Origin: a virus
Lineage: Duplodnaviria > Heunggongvirae > Uroviricota > Caudoviricetes
DNA: 64,000 nucleotides
IMG/VR virus record: IMGVR_UViG_3300021060_000024
Coordinates: 11,577 to 75,576 of that record
Reading direction: 5' to 3' (one strand)
Shown: piece after piece, positions 9,400-19,437 of the stretch
How the letters are laid out: the number at the start of each line of letters is the position of its first letter
How positions within the stretch are numbered: the stretch's first letter is position 1
The notes under the pieces: generated by a model
The model's database searches: none
What the model was told of the DNA's origin: nothing
The model's input: only the letters and a program-made list of their open reading frames with translations
Position numbers and translations under genes: made by a program

Positions 9400-9593
9400 C
9401 CACTGGAGGTCAGGTCGGCGCGGTCCCGGAGTGGTACGAGACGCTCCAGGCCGCACGGTACATGAAGGTGCCCCCGTGGGAGTTGGCCGATCAGCCACTC
9501 TTCTGGCAGCGCGCGGCCCTTGCCGCCATGAAGGCTGAGAACGCCGCTCGCAACCGGAAGGACAAGCCCAGTGCCCACGGTCGCCGAGCTTGA
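9043..9593 (+). CDS. tail assembly chaperone GT product via -1 frameshift at G-run 9369-9376
   Basis: The -1 frame is open from the G-run to TGA at 9591-9593. It encodes ...WYETLQAARYMKVPPWELADQPLFWQRAALAAMKAENAARNRKDK. Confidence 0.45.
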
Positions 9594-12500
9594 GATCGAC
9601 CTCGACGCTCGTGACAACGCCACCGCTCAGCTCCTTGCCGTCAACCGGCTGCTGGAGCAGTTCGACGGTCGCGACGCGGACGCCAACCTCGGAGTCGACG
9701 GGGTGGGCCAGGTGCTCGCCGACATCCAGGCCGCCAACCAGGCCGCGCAGAGCTTCGCTGACCAGGATGTCCGCAAGGAGATCGAGGTCGAGAACGAGCG
9801 GGCCCTGCGCGCCCTGGAGCGCGTGCGCGCCGAGGCGGCGACGCTGGCCGACAACAAGATGCGGCTGGAGGTCGAGGTCGCCAACGCCAAGGCGCTGGCT
9901 GACCTGGCCGCCGTCGAGGCCGCCGCCGCGGCCCTGGCCGACCAGGTCAGCATGGACGTCGACATCGACGACGCCGCGGCCATGGCCAAGCTGGCCGGGC
10001 TGCAGCGCGCGGTCAACGCCATCGACGGCAACATCCGCGTGGACGCCGACACCTCCGCAGCGCGCGCGCAGATCGACGCCGTCATCGACTCGATCACGGA
10101 CCGCAAGGCCACCGTGAAGATGCTGGCCGACATCGCCGACGTCGAGCAGAAGGTGGCGCAGGTCGACGCGCTGACCTCGCGGCTGCGCGACCAGGTGGTG
10201 AGGTTCGACGGCGACGACGCGGGCGTGCGCGCCACGGTGGCTGCGGTCGAGGCCATGGTGCGTGACCTCAAGGCCAACGTGATCTTCGAGGGCGACACCA
10301 CCAACGTCGAGCAGGCCGTGGCGCTGGCCAACGGGCTGCTGCAGCAGTACGCCACCCAGCAGGCCGAGGCCAAGCTGGACGCCGACGCCGACGCCGCACG
10401 CGGGGCCATCGCCATGGCCATCGCTGACCTGCAGGCCTTCGACGGCCGAGTGGCCACTGCGCAGATCCGCGCTGACGTGGACGCTGCGGGCATCGCCCAG
10501 GCGCAGGCCCTGCTGGACTCCATCCCCAAGGAGGTCCGCAGCCGCATCACTGCCGACATCGGGGACCTGGTGGCTGGCGTCGCGGCGAGCAAGGCGGCGC
10601 TGGCCAGCCTGCCCGAAGAGATCAACATCCGCGTCGACACGCGCAACCTGTCCGACCTGGCCGACAAGGCGCGCTACGCCGGTGGCCAGATCGGCGTGCT
10701 CGGCATCGCCGTGTCCGGCCTGGGGGCGGCGCTGATCCCGCTGGGTGCGGTGGCTGTCGGCTCCGTCGGCGCGCTGGGCGCCGCCTTCACCGTCGCGGGC
10801 GGCGCGGCCACGGTCTTCGGCTTCGCGGCCGTCTCGGCCCTGGGTCCGGTGGCCGACGCCGTCGAGCAGATCCGTCAGGGCGAGCAGCAGTACAAGGAGG
10901 CCGTCACCGACCCGGCCAAGGAGGCCGCCCTCCTCAAGATCCAGATGGCCTACAACGCGCTCAGCACCGAGCAGCGCGCCGCGGTCGAGGGCGTGCTGGC
11001 CTACCAGAACGCCTGGCAGGGCCTGGTCACCAGCATCCAGCCGCAGATCTTCCAGGCCACGGCCACGGTGCTGCAGACGCTCACCAGCCTGTTCCAGCAG
11101 ATGAGTCCTGCGATCACCGGCGTGGCGAACGAGGTCGTCTCCCTGGCGAACAGCGCCGCGGCGGCTCTGGGCAACCCGGTCTGGCAGACCTTCATCAACA
11201 ACATGAACAACCTGGCCGGCCCCGTCTTCGGTGCGCTCGTGCGCGGCCTGGGCAACGTGGTCACCGGGATCATCGGCCTGGTCAACGCCTTCACCCCGAT
11301 GTCGGTCGGCTTCGTGCAGGGCTTCGAGCAGATGACGGCCGCCTTCGCGACCTGGTCGGCCGGGCTGGCCAACAACACCGGCTTCCAGAACTTCATCAAC
11401 TACATCCAGCAGAACATGCCGCGGGTGCGCGAGTTCATCGCTGACGCCGTGCAGGCCATCGTCGACTTCGTCCAGGCGACCGCACCGCTGGGCTCGACGG
11501 TGCTGGACGCGGTCAACCGGGTGCTGGAGGCGTTCAGTCGCCTGCAGGAGGTCAACCCTCAGCTCGCCGCCGTCGTGGCCTCGGTCGCGCTGCTGACCCC
11601 GGCAGTGCTGGGCGTCGCGGGCGCCGTGGCGCCGGTCATCTCCCTGTTCATCACCATGGCGGGCGCGGCCGGCGAGCTCGGCGGCGCGCTCGGCATCGCC
11701 GCGGGCGGCTTCACCGGCACGACCACCTCGGCCTCGGGCTTCGCCGGGGTCATGACCACGGTCGGCACCGCGGTGCGTACCGCGGGCGGGCTGCTGCAGT
11801 CGACGCTGGGCATCCTGACCCTGTTCGGTGGCGGCTTCATCACGGCCATCGCCGAGAGCCAGCGCTTCCGCGACACGATCGTGGACGGCTTCCAGTCGAT
11901 CGGCACGGCCTTCTCCGGCCTGGGCACGGCCTTCGCGGGCCTGTTCAGCGCGCTGGGCGAGATGGTCGGCGCCTTCAACGACGTGTCCGAGGCCGTGGTG
12001 ACCCTGGGCGGCTCCTGGGGTCAGTTCTTCGGGCCCATGGTCACCATCGCTGCGGAGTCGGCCTCGGCCGTGATCGAGATCCTCACCTCGATCGTGGAGG
12101 CCTTCTCCAACGTCTTCTCGGGCCTGGCCGCTGCGGCCAACCGGGACTGGCAGGGCGTGTGGGACGCGCTCAACGACGACGCGCCGCGCCAGGCCATCGA
12201 CCGCGCGCTGCAGAACGTCAAGAACGTGCTCAAGGCGCCCAGCCAGGACTACAGCGAGTACGGCAAGCGCTCGATGGACGAGGTCGGCCAGGGCTTCGAC
12301 GCGGGCGCAGGCCTGGTGGGCGGGCAGATGCCCAACCACGCCTCGATGCTCGCGCAGGCCTTCGGCTCCAACCTCACCGGCTTCGACACCGCGGGCCAGC
12401 AGGCCATGACCGCCGTCGGCACCGGCGCGGCCGCGGGCGTGCCCGGAGCCATCGCACCCTTCACCGGCCTGGGCACCCAGGCCAGCGGTGCTCTGACGGG

Positions 12501-15306
12501 CCTGGCGGCCATCGGCCAGCCCGCGGGTGCGCAGGCCATGGCCGGGGTCGGGGCGGGCGCGAGCCAGTCCGTGCCCCAGGCGCTGGCCCCCTTCGAGCAG
12601 CTCCAGCCCGGCATCCAGCAGGCCGTGGCCAACGTGGCCACCTCCACGCTGGCCGCGGGCACGGACGCCATGGGCAACTTCTCGGCCGGGGCGATCCAGA
12701 ACTTCACGGCCGCCATGGCCCCCTTCGAGCAGCTCCAGCCCGGCATCACCGCGGCCACGCTGAACGCGGCGCTGGCGGCGACTCCCGGTGGCCAGCGCGC
12801 CATGGCGGGCTTCGGCGAGGGCGCGCAGGCGAACATCGCCAGCGCCCTGACCCCCTTCCAGCAGCTCAACCCCCAGCTCGCCGCGGTCGTCATGGCCACG
12901 GTGGACTCCATCGCGCCCATGGGCGGGGCGACGATGGTCAGCTTCGGCGCCGAGGCGCAGGCCAACCTGGCCGCCGCGCTGGCGCCCTACGAGGCCATCG
13001 CCCCGGGGATCACCGCGGCGCTGACCAACGCGATCGTGGCCAACACTGAGCAGGGCCGCCTGGGCATGGAGGCCTACGGCCAGGGCGTGGCCTCGGGCGC
13101 GCCCGCGGTCACCGGTGCCGTGCAGCAGGTCACCACGCAGGCTCAGGCCGCGCTCGACGCGGGCAACGCCATGTACAACCCCTCGGGGGCCAAGGGCGCC
13201 GCAGAGTACAACGCGGGGCTGGCCTCGGGCGCGGCGGGTGCGGGGGCTGCAGCGGCGACCGTCACCACCGCGGTGCAGGGCGCCCTGGACTCCGGCTCGG
13301 CCATGTACAACCCCTCGGGCGCCAAGGGCGCCGCGGAGTACAATGCGGGCCTGACCACCGGTGGCGCCGGTGCCCACGCTGCGGCCATCTCGGTGACCGA
13401 CCAGGCGCGCATGGGCTTCATCGCTGGCGGCACCCTGACCGCTGAGGGCCTGGCCTCGGGCACGAGCTACGGCACCGGCATGACCGGCGCCAGTGGCGCA
13501 GTGAGTGCGGCGGCGGCGACGCTGCCCGCGGCGGCGCGCACCTCCTTCGGTGGCGGCGGCGACTTCACCCCTGAGGGTGCGCAGATCCCGACCAGCATGG
13601 CTGCGGGCATCAGCGCGGGCGTGGCCTCGGTGCAGGGCGCCATGATGCTGATCTCCAACGCCATCAGCGCGCAGATCGTGAACGCCCAGCTCCAGGGCAC
13701 CGACATGGGCACGCGCTTCTCGAACTCGCTGACCACGTCGCTGACGGGCGCGAGCACCGCAGTGCAGGGCTCGATGATGCTCATCACCAACGCCATGAGC
13801 GCCGGGGCGATCCAGGCCAGCACCGCTGGCACTGCGGTGGGGCAGAACTTCACCCAGGGCCTGACCACGAGCCTGACTGGCGCTGCCACCGCGGTGCAGG
13901 GCTCGATGATGATGATCACCAACGCGATGTCGGCTGGGGCGGTCCAGGCCTCGGTCGCGGGCACCGCGGTGGGTACCAACTTCACCCAGGGCCTGACCAC
14001 GAGCCTGACCGGCGCGGCCACCGCGGTGCAGGGCTCGATGATGATGGTGACCAACGCCATGAGTGCCGCGGCGGTTCCCGCCTCGGTCGCGGGCACGGCC
14101 ATCGGCACCAACTTCACCACCGGGCTCACCACGGGCCTGACGGCGGCCACGACCGCCACGACCACCGCCATGGCCTCGATCACCGCGGCCATGCAGACCG
14201 GCCTGGCTGGGGCGCAGGCGGCCGTGACGGCCGCCATGGCGGCGATGACGGCGGCCTTCACCACCGGCTTCACCGGCATGACCACCGCGGCCACCACGGC
14301 CATGGCGGCCATCGGCACGGCGATCACCGCGGGGCTGGCCACGGCGCAGGCGGCCGTGGCAGCGGCAGTCGCTGCCATGACGGCGGTCTTCACCACCGGC
14401 TTCGCGGCCATGCAGGCGGCGGTCACCGCGGCCATCACGGCCATCGGTGCCGCGATCACCGCAGGCATGGCGGCGGCCACCGCGGCTGTGACGGCGGCCG
14501 TGACGGCCATGCAGACCGCCTTCACCGCGGGCTTCACCGCGATCACCGCCGCGGTGACGCAGTCGATCACGGCGATCGTCCAGGCGATCACCCAGGGCAT
14601 GACCACCGCCCTGCAGGCCGTGACCACCAGCGTGCAGGCGATGGTGCAGGCCTTCACCAGCGGCTTCGCCCAGGCGCAGGCCGCGGTGCAGTCGGCCGTG
14701 GCGGGCATGGTGGCCGCGATCCAGTCGGGCATGAACCAGGCGCTCGCGGCGGTCAACAGCTTCGTGAACGCGGCCGTGGCGGCTCTGAACGGCATGGGCG
14801 CGCGCTTCCGGGCCGCGGGCGCGGCCGCAGGTGCAGACCTGGCCGCGGGCCTGCAGTCCCAGGTCGGTGCAGTCCAGGCCGCCTCGGCGGCGCTGGCGGC
14901 CGCGGCGGCCGCGCCGATGCCGGGCTCCCCGGCCAAGGTCGGGCCGCTGTCGGGCAACGGCTGGACGCGCATCCGTGGTGAGCACTTCGGTGAGGATCTG
15001 ACCGCGGGCCTGCTCTCCCAGGTGCGCGACGTGCGCGGGGCCTCGGGCGCGCTGGCCAGTGCGGCCAGCCGCGCGCTGGGCTCGGACATCGCTGGCGGCC
15101 TGTCGCTGTCGGGCTCGGGCTCGCTGGGCACGGCCAAGACGCTCTCGGGCTCGCTGTCGGGCAGCCGTGGTGGGATCACGATCAACGTGAGCGCCGACGC
15201 GGTCAAGGTGACCACGACCGGCGACGCCGCCAAGGCTGACTTCCGTGACGCGGGCAACGAGCTGGCGCACATCCTGAACGCCGCGCTCCGGCGCCGGACC
15301 TCGTGA
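9571..15306 (+). CDS. tape measure protein (1911 aa)
   Basis: Coiled-coil N-terminal region, transmembrane segments (GIAVSGLGAALIPLGAVAVGSVGALGAAF) and long Ala/Thr/Gly tandem repeats. Position after G/GT. Confidence 0.8.
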   Translation: MPTVAELEIDLDARDNATAQLLAVNRLLEQFDGRDADANLGVDGVGQVLADIQAANQAAQSFADQDVRKEIEVENERALRALERVRAEAATLADNKMRLEVEVANAKALADLAAVEAAAAALADQVSMDVDIDDAAAMAKLAGLQRAVNAIDGNIRVDADTSAARAQIDAVIDSITDRKATVKMLADIADVEQKVAQVDALTSRLRDQVVRFDGDDAGVRATVAAVEAMVRDLKANVIFEGDTTNVEQAVALANGLLQQYATQQAEAKLDADADAARGAIAMAIADLQAFDGRVATAQIRADVDAAGIAQAQALLDSIPKEVRSRITADIGDLVAGVAASKAALASLPEEINIRVDTRNLSDLADKARYAGGQIGVLGIAVSGLGAALIPLGAVAVGSVGALGAAFTVAGGAATVFGFAAVSALGPVADAVEQIRQGEQQYKEAVTDPAKEAALLKIQMAYNALSTEQRAAVEGVLAYQNAWQGLVTSIQPQIFQATATVLQTLTSLFQQMSPAITGVANEVVSLANSAAAALGNPVWQTFINNMNNLAGPVFGALVRGLGNVVTGIIGLVNAFTPMSVGFVQGFEQMTAAFATWSAGLANNTGFQNFINYIQQNMPRVREFIADAVQAIVDFVQATAPLGSTVLDAVNRVLEAFSRLQEVNPQLAAVVASVALLTPAVLGVAGAVAPVISLFITMAGAAGELGGALGIAAGGFTGTTTSASGFAGVMTTVGTAVRTAGGLLQSTLGILTLFGGGFITAIAESQRFRDTIVDGFQSIGTAFSGLGTAFAGLFSALGEMVGAFNDVSEAVVTLGGSWGQFFGPMVTIAAESASAVIEILTSIVEAFSNVFSGLAAAANRDWQGVWDALNDDAPRQAIDRALQNVKNVLKAPSQDYSEYGKRSMDEVGQGFDAGAGLVGGQMPNHASMLAQAFGSNLTGFDTAGQQAMTAVGTGAAAGVPGAIAPFTGLGTQASGALTGLAAIGQPAGAQAMAGVGAGASQSVPQALAPFEQLQPGIQQAVANVATSTLAAGTDAMGNFSAGAIQNFTAAMAPFEQLQPGITAATLNAALAATPGGQRAMAGFGEGAQANIASALTPFQQLNPQLAAVVMATVDSIAPMGGATMVSFGAEAQANLAAALAPYEAIAPGITAALTNAIVANTEQGRLGMEAYGQGVASGAPAVTGAVQQVTTQAQAALDAGNAMYNPSGAKGAAEYNAGLASGAAGAGAAAATVTTAVQGALDSGSAMYNPSGAKGAAEYNAGLTTGGAGAHAAAISVTDQARMGFIAGGTLTAEGLASGTSYGTGMTGASGAVSAAAATLPAAARTSFGGGGDFTPEGAQIPTSMAAGISAGVASVQGAMMLISNAISAQIVNAQLQGTDMGTRFSNSLTTSLTGASTAVQGSMMLITNAMSAGAIQASTAGTAVGQNFTQGLTTSLTGAATAVQGSMMMITNAMSAGAVQASVAGTAVGTNFTQGLTTSLTGAATAVQGSMMMVTNAMSAAAVPASVAGTAIGTNFTTGLTTGLTAATTATTTAMASITAAMQTGLAGAQAAVTAAMAAMTAAFTTGFTGMTTAATTAMAAIGTAITAGLATAQAAVAAAVAAMTAVFTTGFAAMQAAVTAAITAIGAAITAGMAAATAAVTAAVTAMQTAFTAGFTAITAAVTQSITAIVQAITQGMTTALQAVTTSVQAMVQAFTSGFAQAQAAVQSAVAGMVAAIQSGMNQALAAVNSFVNAAVAALNGMGARFRAAGAAAGADLAAGLQSQVGAVQAASAALAAAAAAPMPGSPAKVGPLSGNGWTRIRGEHFGEDLTAGLLSQVRDVRGASGALASAASRALGSDIAGGLSLSGSGSLGTAKTLSGSLSGSRGGITINVSADAVKVTTTGDAAKADFRDAGNELAHILNAALRRRTS
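13720..14115 (+). repeat. three tandem ~132-nt coding repeats inside the tape measure gene
   Basis: Repeated peptide LTTSLTGA(A/S)TAVQGSMM(L/M)(I/V)TNAMSAGA(V/I)QAS(V/T)AGTAVG(T/Q)NFTQG. A looser AAMTAAFTTGF... array follows to about 14700. Confidence 0.5.
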
Positions 15307-15313
15307 GGTAGCA

Positions 15314-18300
15314 GTGCCCAAGGTCGCATCCGCCCCGCATCACGACTCCCTCTCGGGCAGCCCCGAGAAGCGCTACGACATCGCCCCCGACGGTGGTGAG
15401 CACCTGCTGGTGGTGGCGCCCTACCGCGCCACCTTCCTGCGCTCGGTCGACGGCGGCAGCGTCTTCAACCCCTTCTCCTCCTTCGACCTGGGCCAGGACA
15501 CCGCGGTGCCCTCCTTCGTCATCGGCGACGACGGCACGGCCTTCGTCTCCTACTGCCAGTGGAACCGCGACCCCCAGGTCATCAAGCTGCGCCGCGGCCG
15601 CCAGACCTCCACGGGCTGGCAGTGGAGCGAGATCACCCTGGCCCCGGGCGGGCGCGTGGGCGTGGACACCGACCTGATCGTCTTCCGCCAGGGCGCGGGC
15701 TACGTGGTCTTCGTCTACTGGACGGCCATGGAGGGCGGCTACGTCGCGCGCGTGGACGTCTCCAGCGACGGCACCATGCGCGTGACCAGCCTGCGCCACG
15801 GCACCAAGGGCGGGCGCGTGGCCGGGCTGATCCAGATGGGCAGCCTGGAGTTCGCCCACAGCGGCGACGGCAAGACGCCGAGCTCGGCCCCGCACCTGTT
15901 CTGCACCACGGCGGCCTCGAACAACCCGCTGTACGTCCACCGCGCGCGCTTCGAGAGCGCGGGGGTGTGGACCTGGGAGGACCCGGTCGTGGTCGAGACC
16001 AACGTCTCGGTCAACCAGACCGCCATGACCACGGTGTGGGACGGCGAGCGGCTGTGCATCGCCTACGTGCTGAACAACTCCTCGACCATCCGGTTCGCGG
16101 AGTGGTCCGGCTCGGGTGCGGTCACCTTCCGCAACCCGCCGGCCTTCCCCTCCGGGCGCGGGGTGGTGCCGGGCATCACGATCAGCCACGACCCGGCGAC
16201 CGACGACATCTACCTGCTGGCCTACGGCTCCACGCAGGGCGACATCATGGCCTGCCGCCTGAACCGCGCCTCGGCCACCTGGGACTCGGCCTGGACCACG
16301 GCGGTGACCCGGCCCGCCTCCACCGCCGACGGCAAGGTCAACGCCGTGCGTCACCCCAGCCGCGACAGCGTGCAGTTCGCCTGGGCCACCCCCGGCGGGG
16401 CGGGCTGGGACGTGTACGCCAGCCAGCTCACCGCACTGGTGCGCACCCCCCAGGCGCCGGTGCTGCTGGACCCGCCCAGTGGTGCCACGCGCGACCTGGC
16501 GGCCGGGTACACCTTCCGCCACCGCTACCAGCCCGTGGGCCCCGGCGACAAGCAGCAGGGCTACTACTGGCGGCGCCAGTACACCTCGGGCGGCTCGGCC
16601 ATCACCGAGTGGTGGAACGCGGCCAGCCAGTCCTGGTCGAGCACCGCGGTGCTGAACACCGGGGAGACCTCGGCGGTGAGCTTCGCGCCGGGCAAGTGGT
16701 CCAACGGCTCGACCTACACCTGGTCGGTGGCCGCGCGCTCGCTGACGGGCTCGGTCTCGCCCTACTCCGCCCCGCGCACCGTGGTGGCCACCACCGCCCC
16801 GGCGCTGACGATCACCGAGCCGCTCGGCATCGTCTTCGGCACCACGACCCCGGCCGTGGCCTGGACCGTGGGTGGGCCCGACCCCCAGCGTGACTACCGC
16901 GTACGCATCGTGCCGGACGCGGCCAACGTGGACGCCAACGACCCCGGGCCTGCGATCTGGGACTCCGGGGTCATCGCCAGCGCGCTCGCGCGGCGCGTGG
17001 TCGTCGGCACCGACCTCACCCCCAACGTGGCCTACCGCGCCTGGGTGCGCGTGACTTCCACCGCGGGCATCGCCTCGGCCTGGGTCTCCTCGCCCTTCCT
17101 GCTCAACCTCAACCCGCCCAACGGGCCGCTGGTGGAGGTCGTCGACGAAGTCGCCTACGGCACCGAGGTGCCGCGCGTGCGCCTGGACCTGCTGGCGCGC
17201 TCCAACCTCATGGGCGAGGACCAGGCGCTGGGCCAGGCGGGCTGGCTGACCGACAACGCCAGCGTGGCGCCGGTGGGGGCCAACACCACCAGCCAGACCG
17301 AGAACGGCGTGGCGCTGACGAGCGCGGCCGGGGGTGCGATGAGCATGCTGAGCGCGCTCGGCACCCCGCCTGCCGCGCCGCCGGGGCGTCCCCAGCCGCT
17401 GGGGCCGCTGTTCTTCCCTGCGGTGCCGGGCCAGACTTACACGGCCATGGCGCACGGACGCAGCCCGGACAACAACCGCGCGCTGCGCGTGAGCATCCAC
17501 TGGTTCTCCGACGACACCGCCGCCGACGGCGCGCTGCCGGGCTCGGCCAGCTACATCACCACCGCAGCCGGGGAGCAGTTCAACATCGGCGCCGCGGCCT
17601 ACAACCAGGCCCGCCTCAGCGCGCGCGCCCCGGCCACGGCCCGCATGGGGCGCGTGGTCGTGGAGGTGCTGGGCGTGGCTGCAGCGGGGGAGGTCGTGTA
17701 CCTGTCGCGCTTCGCGGTCCAGCCCGGCGCGAGCACGGCCTGGCAGCCCGGCGGCTACACCGGCGGTCAGGTGCTGGTGCTGGAGCGCTCGGACGACGAC
17801 GGGGAGGCCTGGCGTCAGGTCGGAGAGCGGATCAAGCCCGACGTCTACCAGCGCGCCGTCACGCGCGACCGCTCGATGCCCATGGGGCGGCGCGTGCTCT
17901 ACCGCGCCTCCACCGTGGTCGATGTCTACGGCGCCTCGGGGGTCTCCACGCTGCGCTCGGTGATCTCCCCGGTGGCGGCCATCAACCTGGCCGGGCCCAC
18001 CTGGATCATGCGCGACCTCACCAACGAGTCCGACGACGGGGAGGTGCTGGCGTTCGTGACCGACTGGCAGGAGGAGGACGAGGAGGAGGTCGCGATCCAC
18101 AAGCCCACGGGTCGCTTCTACCCCGTGGTCGACTCCGAGGGCGAGCACGCCGGCTCGGGCTCGATGACCTTCTACGTGCCCGCGGCGCTGGTGGCCAAGA
18201 CCACGCGCCTGCTCACCTCCGGCAACGCGCTGCTGATGCAGTCCCCGCTGGGCCGGGTGCTCATGGCGCGCTTCTCCCGGCGCGAGTACGAGCCCGAGGT

Positions 18301-18349
18301 CGTGGGCGCGCGCACCATCACGGCCGACTACGTGGAGGTGGAGCGGTGA
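15314..18349 (+). CDS. minor tail protein (Dit-like, 1011 aa) with Asp-box-like motifs and two FN3-like domains
   Basis: First gene after the tape measure. SxDxG motifs (SVDGGSVF, SSDGTMRV). FN3-like segments (PQAPVLLDPPSG...YTWSVAARS and LTITEP...AYRAWVRVTS). Confidence 0.5.
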   Translation: MPKVASAPHHDSLSGSPEKRYDIAPDGGEHLLVVAPYRATFLRSVDGGSVFNPFSSFDLGQDTAVPSFVIGDDGTAFVSYCQWNRDPQVIKLRRGRQTSTGWQWSEITLAPGGRVGVDTDLIVFRQGAGYVVFVYWTAMEGGYVARVDVSSDGTMRVTSLRHGTKGGRVAGLIQMGSLEFAHSGDGKTPSSAPHLFCTTAASNNPLYVHRARFESAGVWTWEDPVVVETNVSVNQTAMTTVWDGERLCIAYVLNNSSTIRFAEWSGSGAVTFRNPPAFPSGRGVVPGITISHDPATDDIYLLAYGSTQGDIMACRLNRASATWDSAWTTAVTRPASTADGKVNAVRHPSRDSVQFAWATPGGAGWDVYASQLTALVRTPQAPVLLDPPSGATRDLAAGYTFRHRYQPVGPGDKQQGYYWRRQYTSGGSAITEWWNAASQSWSSTAVLNTGETSAVSFAPGKWSNGSTYTWSVAARSLTGSVSPYSAPRTVVATTAPALTITEPLGIVFGTTTPAVAWTVGGPDPQRDYRVRIVPDAANVDANDPGPAIWDSGVIASALARRVVVGTDLTPNVAYRAWVRVTSTAGIASAWVSSPFLLNLNPPNGPLVEVVDEVAYGTEVPRVRLDLLARSNLMGEDQALGQAGWLTDNASVAPVGANTTSQTENGVALTSAAGGAMSMLSALGTPPAAPPGRPQPLGPLFFPAVPGQTYTAMAHGRSPDNNRALRVSIHWFSDDTAADGALPGSASYITTAAGEQFNIGAAAYNQARLSARAPATARMGRVVVEVLGVAAAGEVVYLSRFAVQPGASTAWQPGGYTGGQVLVLERSDDDGEAWRQVGERIKPDVYQRAVTRDRSMPMGRRVLYRASTVVDVYGASGVSTLRSVISPVAAINLAGPTWIMRDLTNESDDGEVLAFVTDWQEEDEEEVAIHKPTGRFYPVVDSEGEHAGSGSMTFYVPAALVAKTTRLLTSGNALLMQSPLGRVLMARFSRREYEPEVVGARTITADYVEVER

Positions 18350-19437
18350 GCCTGTGGCCCACCTCGGCGGCCTTCAACACCGCGCTGGCCTCCGACCGGC
18401 GCCGCTGGTTCACCCAGGTCGAGATCATGCAGCAGAACCAGGTGCTGGCCACGCTGAACACCGTCGCGGACGGCTCGGTCACCCTGGCCGAGACCTCCAC
18501 GCGGCGCACCTGCGACCTGACGCTGGTGGACCCCAGCGGCACGCTGACCCCTACCTCGGCGCGGGACCTGCTGGCCCCGCTGCAGTCGGAGGTGCGCATC
18601 AGCCGCGGCCTGCGCCTGGCCGGGGGCGCGGTGGAGTACGTGCCGCTGGGCACCTTCGGGGTCATCGACCCCACGGTGGACTCCCTGGACGGCGCGGTGC
18701 TGATCCAGCTCAGCGGCGCCGACCGCTCCGACGCCGTGGCCTCGCGCCGCTTCGCCGAGCCCTGGACGGTCAAGGCGGGCACGCCCACCCACCAGGCGAT
18801 CATCGACATCGTCCGCTCGCGCCTGAACGTGCCGGTGCGCGTGACCGTCACCGGCTCCACGGTGCCCGAGACCGTCTTCGAGGACCTGACCAGCCCGTGG
18901 GACGCGGTGCAGAAGATCGCCGAGGCGGACGGGCTGACGGCCTACTTCGACCAGCTCGGCACGCTGGTGGTGGCGCGGGATGAGGAGGTGCCGACGGGGA
19001 TCTCCTACAACCCCGGCCCGGACAGCTTCATGCTGGAGGCCGGGCGCTCGATGTCGGCCGACACCACCTACTCGGGGGTGGTCGTCTCGGGCCAGCACCC
19101 CGACAACACCCCGGTGCGCGTGGTCGCCTGGGACAACGACCCCAAGAGCCCGACCTACTACCAGGGCCCCTTCGGGGCTCGCCCGTTCGGGTTCAACTCC
19201 CCCCTCATCACCAGTGCCGCCATGGCGAACGCTGCGGCGGCTACCCTGTTGCGCAGAGTGACCAAGATGCGACAGAAGGTGACTGTGCGCACTGTGGGGC
19301 ACCCCGGGCACGACATCGGGGACGTCATCCACGTCGAGCACCCCCTGAGCCGCATCAACGGGAACTACGTCATCACCGGTGCGCGCATCCCGCTGCGCAT
19401 CGGCTCGATCTCACTGACGGCGCTGGAGGCGGCATGA
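18346..19437 (+). CDS. minor tail protein (Tal/hub-like, 363 aa)
   Basis: GTGA overlap with the upstream gene. Size and position fit a gp27-like N-terminal tail tip protein. Confidence 0.45.
   Translation: MSLWPTSAAFNTALASDRRRWFTQVEIMQQNQVLATLNTVADGSVTLAETSTRRTCDLTLVDPSGTLTPTSARDLLAPLQSEVRISRGLRLAGGAVEYVPLGTFGVIDPTVDSLDGAVLIQLSGADRSDAVASRRFAEPWTVKAGTPTHQAIIDIVRSRLNVPVRVTVTGSTVPETVFEDLTSPWDAVQKIAEADGLTAYFDQLGTLVVARDEEVPTGISYNPGPDSFMLEAGRSMSADTTYSGVVVSGQHPDNTPVRVVAWDNDPKSPTYYQGPFGARPFGFNSPLITSAAMANAAAATLLRRVTKMRQKVTVRTVGHPGHDIGDVIHVEHPLSRINGNYVITGARIPLRIGSISLTALEAA

Noticed and set aside
13690-14700. Tandem repeats as a CRISPR array or satellite
   Set aside because: They are in frame within the tape measure ORF. 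There is no repeat-spacer structure and no cas genes.
5474-15321. Very long antisense ORFs (5474..8893 -, 8896..15321 -, 15203..18148 -) and many Arg/Pro/Gly-rich overlapping ORFs throughout
   Set aside because: They are shadow ORFs of a 70% GC sequence, opposite or out of frame with clearly coding genes (tape measure, tail, glycosidase). They show an R/G/P/A skew and lack RBSs.
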